A stretch of 64,000 nt of DNA from Rhodosorus marinus CCMP1338. Taxonomy: Eukaryota; Plantae; Rhodophyta. The notes below the pieces were generated by a model. It was given only the letters and a program-made list of their open reading frames with translations, did no database searches and was not told the origin of the DNA. A program made the position numbers and the translations under genes. Location of the stretch: positions 3,720,001 through 3,784,000 of the forward strand of contig JAMWBK010000001.1 in assembly GCA_029953675.1 (NCBI GenBank), read 5' to 3'. This document shows positions 36,649 through 47,446 of this stretch, piece after piece (the stretch's first letter is position 1; the number at the start of each line of letters is the position of its first letter).

Positions 36649-37032
36649 GTATATGCATATAGATATTATATATATTACATAGATACATACTCACAACCGT
36701 CCATATGTGTTGTTTGTTTCCCCAAAAGTAGCTTAAGGCCGCACTTAGAGCGGCCTCTTTGCTTTCCAGTCATCTGTGCTCCGGACGCTCGCTCTGTCCT
36801 TTTCTGTCCCTGCACGTCACTTGCTGTATAAAGTACCTGTGTGTATATGCATATAGATATTATATATATTACATAGATACATACTCACAACCGTCCATAT
36901 GTGTTGTTTGTTTCCCCAAAAGTAGCTTAAGGCCGCACTTAGAGCGGCCTCTTTGCTTTCCAGTCATCTGTGCTCCGGACGCTCGCTCTGTCCTTTTCTG
37001 TCCCTGCACGTCACTTGCTGTATAAAGTACCT
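36649..37032. repeat. Tandem direct duplication, 194-bp period
   Basis: The unit starting gtatatgcatatagat occurs at 36649 and 36843; each holds the hairpin AGGCCGC-ACTTAGA-GCGGCCT. Confidence 0.95.
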
Positions 37033-37400
37033 ATCTCCCCTCTGCCGCTCTCCGCCGGGACACAGCAGCGTCTGTACGTCGCCGACTAAAGGAACGGCGG
37101 TATACGGCGAGCATGGCCAGTCTCCCCTGGGCGGAGGGCCGCTCTCACAGGTTCCAGCCTTTCGTTGTGGAAAGCCCTGGGAATCTGGGCAAGTCAAGCT
37201 TGGAGTGGCCGCGGAAATCTTCTAATGACCATCCTGCTGAAAATCTGATACTCCTACGCCGTTTAAGTGTCGCTCTCTGGCAGTGTTCATATTCGAACAG
37301 CATGCTCGCGGAGGCGCACCACCGCAGTCTGGGCATGTAGTTTTTTTCCTAGTTCCTAGTTCATTTTTTACGACCTGCGTGGCGCTAGGCTACTAAAACC
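37033..37400 (+). mobile_element. Decayed family A-like RLE/3' fragment
   Basis: MASLPWAEGRSHRFQPFVVES..LLRRLSVALW. A further short piece lies at about 37690-37770 and a decayed B tail on the minus strand at about 37860-37990. Confidence 0.8.
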
Positions 37401-38145
37401 ACCACCGCCAAAGATACACACGTCCAGATATCCGGAACACGTTCAATGAAAAGATGAACTCTCACTATCAAAACGTCCGCCGTCCTCTTGGGATAACTAC
37501 GTCCCTCGGGTGGGTGTTCCTCTTGCTTACTGGAAAGCGATCAACCCACACCCCGCCGAGCGGGTTTCCTACAAGAGGGGGAAAGTGTGCGACTAGCAAC
37601 TCATCAATAAACTAGAGTAGTTCTCTAACGAACTCATTCAACTACGAAATGAGTTTGATTAATCGAACTACTAATACTACGTATAAATGAACGAAGGTAT
37701 GCTGAGGGCATGGCCAGTCTTCCCCGGGAAGAGGACCGGTCTCGCAGGTTCCAGCCTTTCATTGTGGAGAAAACTTTTTTTTTGTGGGGGGGCAAGAGGA
37801 AAAGTCAAGCTTGGAGTGACTGAGTGCTTTTTTTAATGGAAAACTGAATGAAAAAATGTCGAGTGGAAAAAAAGACTACGCACGGCGAAGATCGTGCGCC
37901 TACAACATTAAAGGATCGTTCAGACGCTACGGCAGGAAAGCAAGCTGGTAAACGACGAGAGACGGTCAGGGCGTTCGCGGAACAGCGTATGAGAAGGGTT
38001 GTGGATGAAAAAAAAAATATCAACTGCATCTGGGCTCCCCCTAACAATATCCCTCCGCGCATCATACCACAAGACTGGACCCATCAAAGAGAATCCACCC
38101 GGGATACCAACTCCCAGCCAATCACCTCAGTAGGCCACCACTACT

Positions 38146-38167
38146 GGACTTTACTAGTAGCTAACCG
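38146..38167 (-). mobile_element. 22-nt family A tail-only insertion
   Basis: ggactttactagtagctaaccg flanked by ccactact (38138-38145) and cctctact (38168-38175). Confidence 0.65.
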
Positions 38168-38488
38168 CCTCTACTGACACCATCTTTAATGGAACTGGAA
38201 GTTCTTACAGAGCTATAGAGACCCGCGAAGGTTCATACTGTTAAAAAGCCCAGGTGTATGAGTGTTGTTCATCCACTTCCTTCTCTTTTTATTAAGAACC
38301 CAAACGTACTTGATGGTTTCTAGGATCGATATTATATACAGTTCTAGCTCTGAGATGCTTGGACTTTTGGAACACGTTCATGCAGATGCAAGTGTGCAAA
38401 AACCCTAATCCTACCCTGGCTTGATCCTAAACACTCAGGTAGCTGACCAACCACGAATCACTACTGGCGACTACAATCGCTTTGCGTT

Positions 38489-38641
38489 AGTAACCCCCTG
38501 TGGCGCATGAATGCCGCTTTGATGTTGGAGGCGCGAGTACTTCGCCGCGCTTAGTCTTTTTTTCCCCTCGGGGTTTTTTTTTCAGCCTCCGATTAAACCA
38601 TTCATTCAGTAACCCTGTGCTAATAAAGCCAGTAACCCTGT
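38489..38641 (+). mobile_element. B tail plus 12-nt A-type tail at one site, with a triplicated target
   Basis: AGTAACCC(CC)TGT at 38489; B tail; AGTAACCCTGT at 38608; GCTAATAAAGCC; AGTAACCCTGT at 38631. Confidence 0.8.
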
Positions 38642-38804
38642 TCGTCACCAGAACCAGCTCTCACAGAACAGGTTCAGTCAATATAAGGGTCCTGATTGGT
38701 TACCAGTCTTTTCGATTGACCTATGGTAAGGTGGCAATAGGGCCGGCTCTATCTGCCCTATCATATTACGATACTAATTTCAACGGTTTGGCCTTAAAAA
38801 AAAC

Positions 38805-39232
38805 GTGATCACCGGTGACGACAGCCGCCGTACCACATACGTTGATCTTGCTGTTCCTAACCCTCAAGCTAGTCGTTATCTCCCGGCTGCGGGGGAGCGC
38901 CGTGGATCAGCCGCCGCCAGCATGAGACGCCGCAAAGAGATTAAATACGCGGGGGCTTTGTCTTCCCCTGGTGTTCGTGCTTCGGCACTAGCACATCGCT
39001 TGGTACCCCTGATCATTGAGTGCTTTGGGTTCATGGACTCTGTTGTTCTCGCTGGCTTCGGGAGTTGTTCCGCGAACGCCCTGACCGTCTTCAATCGTTG
39101 TTTACCCGCTTAAGTTTCCTGCTGTGGCGCATGAATGCCGCTTTGATGTTGGAGGCGCGAGTACTTCGCCGCGCTTAGTCTTTTTTTCCCCTCGGGGTTT
39201 TTTTTTTCAGCCTCCGATTAAACCATTCGTTC
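38805..39232 (+). mobile_element. Young family B 3' fragment (RLE C-terminus + tail)
   Basis: Near-identical to about 29559-29990; imperfect TSD TAAAAAA(AAC)GTG. Confidence 0.9.
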
Positions 39233-39234
39233 GT

Positions 39235-40680
39235 AAAAAAGTGTGCCTGTGAAGAGTTCTTGACAACACAGCAGAGGAACGCTGTGTTCTCAAGAAGTCT
39301 TCCGGCGGTTTGTGATGGGTTACGGAGTTGGGTTGGGTGAATTTTTGGTTATCATATTCTTTGCTCGTGGGAGGCGCTGCCTTCCGTCGTCTTTGCCCAG
39401 GGTTGTTTGGGTGTGTGGCTTGTCGGCGGACTTTCTCTCCTTCTCTTGGGTTGTGGTGGAGGTTTCGGGGTGCTTTGTATTGGGTATTAGCCAGTCTTTG
39501 TGGGGCTTTTGTCGTGAAACTTCTCCTCGCCACACTCTTTTGTGATGGCTGGGGTCTCCCCACCTCTTCCGGTGGCCGGCGCTGCCGTCTCTCCGCCCGT
39601 GGAGCTGCAAGTGGGCGCATTCAGCACCCAGGCCACTCTCAGCAACTCCCAATTCTGCTGTACCCCTCCAAATCTCCGGCCAAAACACCCCCCTGAACTT
39701 TCCCTGAGGCCGAATCCTGCCCCTGCAAGTGTCTCTCAGCCCTCCTATTCCCAAGTCCTTCGTCGGGGCTCCTCTGAAGAACCCACGACGGCCATGGTGC
39801 GTATGATGCCTTCCCCCGTGGCCACGCCTGCATTCTCTCGCCAGCTCTCTCCGTTTCATCTCGTCTGGATGACGAACGTGCGCCCCCAAACCCCTTCTCG
39901 TTGTCGGGGTCGCACGCTCGTTCACTACCGTGATTTCCGCGATACGATGGCCTCCTCACTTGGAGTCGATCCATCTGAGTTCATCTATATGGATTTCAAT
40001 GGAACTCATGCCTGTTTCCTCGTCACAGAGTTTGCTTATCAATGCCTTACCTCGCTTGTCGCCATTCCTGAGCCCCAACGGTCTGCCCTTTCAAACACGA
40101 CACTGACTCGTGCCCACGTCTCATTGTTTGTTGAGTTTGACCGCTTCGACGCAGGATGGGTTCCCGCGTCGGCGCTGCAGAGCCACCCTACCACGCAAGC
40201 TCCTGTTATCGCACTGGAAACTCATGGTGCGCGACTATCACGCATCCAGTCGAGCCTCTTTGCCCGTTTCCCTCCCCCGTGGAGTCCTCCGCTCGGCGTT
40301 AGAGGACTTCCTCGCCGCTGAGGCCGCTCTGATGGAAGCTCATCCGGCCTTTTACCTCTACCGAGCGACTCCTGCCCGCCCTCCTCCCCTTGACATGTGG
40401 GCGGCCCCATCGTGCTCCCCGAATCCGCTGGCTTTGGACCACCTCAGCGAAGACTCCGTTCCTGACAATCCTGCATCTGCCTTCTTTAGGTCTTTTAGTT
40501 CCTTCGCTCGTACGCCACGTAAGCGACGTGCCGCCCTGAGTCACCCTCAGAGGGCCCCCCACCGGATACCCGCAACGCCTCCGCCGCTGAGAGGACGCCT
40601 GATGTCTGGGTCCTCTTACCCCGCCCGGGTGTCACCCGTGTCCGTCCTGTTCTCCGATGCCCCCTCCACCTGGCGCGAGG
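39235..40680 (+). mobile_element. Subfamily B' 5' part (5'UTR, ORF1, start of ORF2)
   Basis: ORF 39542-40321 is homologous to B ORF1; the stretch is very similar to 31635-32510. Confidence 0.9.
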
Positions 40681-41030
40681 CGCAGGTTGGCTTTTGATAG
40701 CGTTGTTGATCGTGTTGCCGTTGTGCGAAGACGGTTGCAGCTTCCGGTAGGGTCGTCATAGTTCGAGTTTCGTCCGGTGTAATAAGGTCGGCTGGCAGGG
40801 GTGGATTCTTTCCGTATACTAGCTCGAATGGAGAAATTCGGTTGCTCCTGAGATTTGGCGATTCCACGTAAGTCCTGCCATCGGTAGAAAATCTGCCCAG
40901 TTCGACGTTGTTGCATTATATCGTAGGTACGTCTCCAAAATTTGATTTATCCGCTCCGTTTGTCCATCCGTCGGCGGATGATACGCGGTATAACTTTTCT
41001 GCTTCACCTTCAAAGAACAGAGATATTCCA
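40681..41030 (-). mobile_element. Displaced integrase-core fragment of gypsy element 1
   Basis: SYTAYHPPTDGQTERINQILETYLR and SPFELVYG. Confidence 0.85.
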
Positions 41031-43430
41031 CCCGCAGCCCCGAGGGCCCTGGGGAACGGCCCTTCGGAGCATCATGAACCAACTCACGCACCGCCTCCAG
41101 ATTGACCACTAACCGCGCACTGGGATGTGGCGCGGCGCGGTACTCTTCCAACACTGATTCAAACGAGGAGTCCCAAGGGAAGCCTTCCGAGGGAAAGAGC
41201 AAACGGAGCGGTGAAGAAAGATCATCGGAGTATGGAACCACAGGTTGCCGCTGCTGGAGGATCCCGGCTGCCCGCCGCAGATCACCGCCTGCCACCGCGT
41301 GACGCGCCCGATTCTGTCGAGAAGACCTAAAAGCTGAGGGATCACTAGGAGAAAAGGAAGAGAGAGAAGCGAAATAAAGACGTTCGAGGTCCTCAAAGTC
41401 GCCGGAGAGGAACATTTGCAGTTTTCGGCGAGGGTGGACCCGGCGAGGATGTGGGTTGAGGGGGACGGTAGAGGAGGTGAGCACGAGGCGGGGAAAAAAG
41501 AACAAGAGTTCCCAGCGAAGAGAGCAGTGAGGGTTCGCGGCGACCTGCTGCCAGAGAAAATCCAACACCAATCCTAGGGGCTTATGAAGTCGACGAGGGA
41601 GCCGTACGGCCGTGCTCTGACGACAAAGGGGAAGGGAACCGTCCGGGTAGGAGGCGACAAGGTGCGAAAACCACGAGAGAACACGCTCATGCCAGGCTGA
41701 GCGGTCACTGGGGTGTTTCCTGCTGTGGCGCATGAATGCCGCTTTGATGTTGGAGGCGCGAGTACTTCGCCGCGCTTAGTCTTTTTTTCCCCTCGGGGTT
41801 TTTTTTTTCAGCCTCCGATTAAACCATTCGTTCGTTCGGTAAACAGGGGTAACCGGGACGACACGCACGCGGAGGAGGAAGACTCAGACATCGGGCCTCC
41901 CCTCAGTCGGGAAGGCAGATCGAATATCCGGAGGAGGTGCCTCGGAGGGAGGCTCAGGAGCCGCACGACGCTTACGTGGAGGGCGCACGAAGGAACTAAA
42001 AGACCTGAAGAAAGTAGACACAGGGTTTTCAGCAGCGGAGTCTTGACTGAGGGTGTCCAGAGCCAGCGGATTCGGAGAGGCCGATGGTGCTTCTGCCATG
42101 TCGGTGTCACGAGCCTCGGAGACAGGGCGAGGGGAGGAAGGGTGCTCAAGAGTCGGCGGCAGAAGGTCAAACGCAGGGTGAGCTTCCAGCAGGGTGGCCT
42201 CAGTGGAGAGGAAGGCCTCTAGCGCGGTGCGGAGGACCCCGCGAGGAGGAAAACGCGCGAAGAGGCTCGCCTGTATGCGCGAGAGCCGCGCCGCATGAGT
42301 GTGTAGCGCGACAACCGAAGCCTGCGAGGCATCCAGGTTTTGCAAGGCCGACGGAGGAACCCAGCCGGCGTCAAAACGATCGAACTCGACAAACAAAGAG
42401 ACATGAGGACGAGTCAGTATCATGTTGGCCAGAGCAGAGCGCTGGGGCGCGGGGGTGGTTACAAGCGATTGAAGGAACTGGTAAGCCGAGTCAGTAACAA
42501 GAAAACAGGCATGAGGGCCCGTGAAGTCCACATATAGGAATTCAAACGGGGCGACCCCAAGGGAGGAAGCCATGGTGTCGCGAAAATCGCGGTAGTGGAC
42601 GGGCGCGCGGCCCCGACCACGAGAGGGGGTCTGGGGACGCACGTTCGTCATCCAAACAAAGTGGAACGGAGATAGTTGGCGAGAAGAGTCAATAGGGATG
42701 TGTTGTGGCATCATACGCACCATTGCCGTCGTGCGTTGTTCAGAAGAGCCCCTGCGTAGGACCTGCGAATAGGTCGCACGTGGGGCACTGGAGGGAGCAG
42801 GATTCGGGCCCGACGCGGGCCCAGGAGGCGTCTGTCCTTGAATAGGGGTAGGCCAGTCGGAATCAGGAATGACCGGAGCGGAGCGCTCGGGTCGGGTGGA
42901 GGCAGGCCCCGCTGTACCGTGCGGATCCGCGGGGACGGGCACCGGGGGGTATGGGGCAGGCGCGGAGGCGGAGAAGCGCTCCAAATAGGCGATCAGCAGG
43001 GGCAGGCGGTGTTCCTGGGAAGCAGTCACAAGAAGACTCGTCAGTTTCGAGCAGATCCCATGGGCTAACTCGTCAGCGCAGTCCGTGAGGGTGGCCGCGG
43101 TACTAAACCCGCCCACGCAGAGCTCCACGCGCGCTGAGAGAACGGCTCCGTCCGCCGGAATGGGTGGGGAAACCCCAACCATAACGATTGGAAGGTGTGA
43201 AAAACCGATTCCTCCACGAAACCCCCAAAAAGAGAACTTGTTCCCAACGTTTGCAACCAAAGAAAAACCACCACGACCCCCAAGGGGCGCTAGCAACCCC
43301 CAGCACGCACCACACCACTAGAAGATGCGGGGGAAAGGCTGCAGAAAGAAGCGCCTCCCACCGAAGAACACAATTGCGACTCAAAACCACCAAAAGCCAG
43401 CACCATACACCCTCACGAAACCAAAAACTG
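41031..43430 (-). mobile_element. Second family B copy, 5' half only, including the inverted self-tail
   Basis: Near-identical inverted match to 25125 to about 27535; ends at PSGLRVEYL; 5' flank AGTAAAACGAAT. Confidence 0.95.
41884..43296 (-). CDS. Family B ORF1, uninterrupted
   Basis: Open 470-aa ORF (likely about 430 aa from MVGVSPP). Confidence 0.85.
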   Translation of the reverse strand: MLAPLGGRGGFSLVANVGNKFSFWGFRGGIGFSHLPIVMVGVSPPIPADGAVLSARVELCVGGFSTAATLTDCADELAHGICSKLTSLLVTASQEHRLPLLIAYLERFSASAPAPYPPVPVPADPHGTAGPASTRPERSAPVIPDSDWPTPIQGQTPPGPASGPNPAPSSAPRATYSQVLRRGSSEQRTTAMVRMMPQHIPIDSSRQLSPFHFVWMTNVRPQTPSRGRGRAPVHYRDFRDTMASSLGVAPFEFLYVDFTGPHACFLVTDSAYQFLQSLVTTPAPQRSALANMILTRPHVSLFVEFDRFDAGWVPPSALQNLDASQASVVALHTHAARLSRIQASLFARFPPRGVLRTALEAFLSTEATLLEAHPAFDLLPPTLEHPSSPRPVSEARDTDMAEAPSASPNPLALDTLSQDSAAENPVSTFFRSFSSFVRPPRKRRAAPEPPSEAPPPDIRSAFPTEGRPDV

Positions 43431-43439
43431 ATTCGTTTT

Positions 43440-43680
43440 ACTGAGTATCCTGTTATTATCAACGCAAAATCTCCAACTCCCGGATTCAAAAGTTTTTCCG
43501 CCCAGATATGTTGGGCCTTTCAAAATTCCACGCAAAGTTGGCGAAGTTGCGTATCAACTGGAGCTCGGAGGGAATCATCAAATCCATGACGTTTTTCACG
43601 TATCGCTTCTACGTAAGTTTAACGGAGCCGAACCAGAAATGACCGAAGTGACAAGGGCACTCTTACCAGACACCCAACAA
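43440..43680 (+). mobile_element. Inverted integrase C-terminal (GPY/F) fragment of gypsy element 1
   Basis: Plus strand encodes LLSTQNL..PRYVGPFKIPRKVGEVAYQLELG..IHDVFHVSLLRKF. Confidence 0.85.
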
Positions 43681-46070
43681 CGCGAAGTGTAGTCAGTATC
43701 TCGGTCGGAAACAATTTCTCTGGGTAACCCCGCAAACCTAACCCAATGGCGTAGGAATAGCTCTGCAACCTTCTGCGCAGAAACGTCAGTGGTTGTCAGA
43801 ATAAAACGAGAATACTTGGTGAAGCGATCCACGATGACAAAGATGGAGTCGAACCCTTCCGCAGTCATAGGTAGGCGAATGATAAAGTCCATAGAAATTG
43901 ACTGGAACTTCCCATCTGGAATGGGTAGAGGTTGGAGTGTGCCCGCTGTCGATCGTAGAGGTTTTTGTCGTTGACAGACATCACAGTGTCTTAGCATTTG
44001 TTGGATGTCGTGTTTCATCGTTGACCAAAAATACTTCCTCTTAATCAGGTTCCGGGTTTTCGTTACCCCAAAGTGTCCTCCGGTTGGCTCTTCGTGATAG
44101 GTTCTGAGCAATCTATCGACCATTGATTCAGGTACACAAATACGATGATGTCGATAGAGGACGTTATTCCTCTTGAGAAAACCCTGCTCCGCATATTCTG
44201 CAGGTCGCTGATAGATCGCCGCAAACTCTGGATCGCGTAGGTACGTCTGCGGCCAATCCACATCGGTCGTAATCGACGATACAGCCAGTTGCTGGATGGC
44301 ATGTCTGCTTAGCGCATCCGCAATGTTGTCACTGCCTTTTCTGTATTCGATCGAAAACTGGAAGGGCATCAGTCTATTGATATATCGTGCCTGCCTCTTC
44401 GTGAGCTCCTTCTGCGAGTGTAAGAATCTCAACGGGTTGTGATCGGTTCTCACTAAAAATCGGTTTCCCTCCAAGTAAGTTCGCCAGTGTAAGATCGCGG
44501 TTGTCAATGCGAAAAGCTCCTGCTCATACGTTGAGTATCTGGCTTCCGCATTCGTAAATTTTTTTGAGTAATAGGCTACAGGATGTTCGCCTGTGTCGAA
44601 TGTTTGTAACAGCACACCGCCCACTCCGATGTTGCTGGCGTCGGTGTGGACAATGAACTCCCGGGTAAAGTCAGGGCTACGCAGCACTGGGTGTTGAGTG
44701 ATTCGCGTTCGTAAATTGTTAAACGCTGCCGCTTCTCTGGTTCCCCAATTAAAACTCGACCCTTTCTTCGTTAATGCGGTTAACGGGGCCGCAAGTGGGC
44801 TGAACTCTGAAATGTAGCTCCGTAAATAATTAGCAAAACCCAAGAAGGATCTTACATCCGTAACATTGGAAGGTGTCCGCCAATTCCGGATCGCCGTAAT
44901 TTTGGTAGGATCTGGCTTCCTGGTTCCACTGCCAACGAGATGCCCGAGATATTGGGTCTCAGGTACCCCGAACGTACATTTCCCCTTTTTCGCGTATAAT
45001 TTGTGTTCGTGGAGTTTCGCGAACACGATATCCAAATGCTTCCGATGTGCATCCAGGTCCGAAGAGTAAACGATGATATCGTCAAAAAAAATCTTGACGA
45101 AATGACCTAACTCTTTGAAGAATATGTGTGTCAGAAGTCGAGTAAACACGGCCGGTGCGTTCGTCAAACCAAAAGGCATGACTAGCCATTCATACAACCC
45201 AAACGGCGTTGTGAATGCTGTCTTAGGGATGTCTTCTTCTCGCACCCGTAACTGCCAGTAGCCACTGCGCAGATCGATGACGCTTAAGTATGTGGCGGAG
45301 TCTAGGGCATCGAGGCAGTCGTCAATGCGCGGCGGGCTCGTCCGGTTTGGTATTGTAGATTGGTTGAGCTTTCGATAGTCAATGCACAAACGCTTTCCTC
45401 CATCTTTCTTGTCTACAAACAGACATGGCGACGCGAATGGGGAGGAACTCGGTCGAATCAGCTTCCTCTGTAACAAGTTCTGTAGCTGCTTCTTTAGTTC
45501 GTGTTGGTCTGGGAGACTCATGCGGTATGGTCGTTGGGCCTTTGGTTCTGCTCCCGGTCGTAGCTCGATATCAAAGTTAACTTTGCGCCATGGAGGTAGC
45601 TCAGGAACATCGTCGGGAAAAACTCCGTCATATTTTGCGGTTATCCGGGTCTCGAACTCTTTCGCCTCTTTCTGGCGTCTGGATCTTTCAGGGTCTTCAG
45701 GTTCTTCAGGTTCTTCAGGTTTTTCAGGTTTTTCAGGTTCTTCAGGGTCTTTAGGTTTTAGTGTCAGGGTCTGGTTTTGTAGATTCAGCTGCGCGTTGTA
45801 TTTTTGCAGGAAATCTCTTCCTAAGTACCCCGGGCTAGTGGCTTCTTCCACAATATAGGGTTGCCAGTTGAAGTTGTGATCACCTAGCTGTAAGATTACG
45901 TTCTCTTCCCCCAGAATCTCTATTGATGCGCCTGGGGAAGCGGTGTCCAAACTCCCGTGTTGAGTTGGGATTATTGGAGTGGCGTCTGGTATGCCTCGCA
46001 GAACGGAATGGCTACTTCCGGTATCGATCAGGAGGGCTTGCTTCTTCCCATTCAAGAATCCCGTAACCAT
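43680..46070 (-). CDS. Ty3/gypsy pol (PR-RT-RNase H-IN), gypsy element 1
   Basis: LIDTGS, LCIDYRKLN, MPFGL, FFDD, TDAS..DH..DALSR, H..H..C..C, SMDF, IVSDRD; open until the break near 43680. Confidence 0.95.
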
Positions 46071-46126
46071 AAGGTTTCCACTGAAGGGAATCCGAACGCC
46101 TTTATCAGCAACAGTGTTGGCGTCTC

Positions 46127-46903
46127 CTACTGCTGCTCCTCTTTTAACTCCTGTAGCTTCGGGGGTGCGGACTTGGACACTGTCGGGTCCCTATCAGGGT
46201 TGTTCCAGCAGATCCTTTGTATATGCCCCTTTTTTCCGCAGTAGTTGCAAACAATGTTGGTGTAGTTACGCTTCTGCAGCGCTTGCGTTCCGGGTTGGTA
46301 AATGCGTCCAGACCTGGTTCCCCTGCTTACAGTGGTCTGGGGCGTTGCCATTTTTTGGGGAAATTTCTCTTCCCATCTGGAAGGTTGGCTGGCTGCCTCA
46401 GCTCCCTCAATTTTTAGGGCAAGTGCCTGTGCCGCCTCAAAATCCTGCACGTCCTGTATGTAGATGTATTTCTTGACCTCGGGTTTAAGGCCTTCGACGA
46501 AGCGGTCGAATTTCTCTGAATCCGAAATCTCTCCCACCTGGATCAGGCATGTGTTGAAGTATGCCGTATACGCTGCGACCGTCGTCTTCTGCTGCGCCTT
46601 TGCAAGTTGCTGTTTCGCGCGGATCTTGGCGTCTGCCGGGTAGAACTGGGCTTTGAGCGTACATTCGAAGCCCTCGTAGGTCGTTGGTTTCCGGTCGTCC
46701 GGAATCAGTGACCACCAGTATGAGGCGTCGCCAGTCAAATAACCTTCTGCTAGGGTGATTCGGTATTCGTCGTCGTCGACGGGTAGCCGCGCCAGTTTGA
46801 AGTATGTTCTTAGTTGATTCAAGAACGTACTTATGACTAGGGCGTCACGTCGCCCGTCATAGGCTTTCGGCTGCGGAGCCTGCATCTTGATGAGTGATGC
46901 CAT
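46127..46903 (-). CDS. Ty3/gypsy gag, gypsy element 1
   Basis: YDG.R, LTGDASYWW, FVEGLKPEV, zinc knuckle CNYCGKKGHIQRIC. Confidence 0.9.
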   Translation of the reverse strand: MASLIKMQAPQPKAYDGRRDALVISTFLNQLRTYFKLARLPVDDDEYRITLAEGYLTGDASYWWSLIPDDRKPTTYEGFECTLKAQFYPADAKIRAKQQLAKAQQKTTVAAYTAYFNTCLIQVGEISDSEKFDRFVEGLKPEVKKYIYIQDVQDFEAAQALALKIEGAEAASQPSRWEEKFPQKMATPQTTVSRGTRSGRIYQPGTQALQKRNYTNIVCNYCGKKGHIQRICWNNPDRDPTVSKSAPPKLQELKEEQQ

Positions 46904-47253
46904 CTGCGGGTTGTCAGGTTGTCAGGTTGTCAGGTTTTGGGCTCCCTTCTGCTGCTCCTTGCGATGAGACCAAATTGATACGTTCTTCGTTAGCGCGTGT
47001 CGGTGATCCAAAATACTTTTAAATTCCCTTTTGTTTTTATCTTTTTTCTATCTTGGATACCTCCCTCTACTCTAATCTTAAGGAGGAAGGTCGTAACTTC
47101 CGTATTTATAGCCTTCGGGTTCATGACTTGGGTATGTTAGACTACTATTATTAGCCCTGTCCGTACAATATCTTGCCCACTGGGCGCATCATAGACTTAC
47201 TATATTTTGTACCCATGGTGGTTATTTTTAGCTCACCAATATGTTAGCCAGAT

Positions 47254-47446
47254 GTCATGTCAGGACGTCACAAAAACTGTCTTGCGAGGGACAGACTGTC
47301 TTGACAAGCACAAACTTGTGAGAACCTTCCCTGACAGCTGTGTAATCCGCCTATGTTTTAGTGTTAGGCACCTATTTTAGTGTAAGACATCAATGTTTTA
47401 GTATCCACTGCTTTCTACTTTACTGTCAGGTATGTTTTAGTTTACA
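47254..47446 (-). repeat. Candidate 5' LTR of gypsy element 1
   Basis: TG..CA-bounded segment upstream of gag with four ACTAAAA repeats; no partner LTR is in the window. Confidence 0.35.

Noticed and set aside
38400-38408. AAACCCTAA telomere/telo-box motif
   Set aside because: Single copy, no array; gives no support for telomere targeting.
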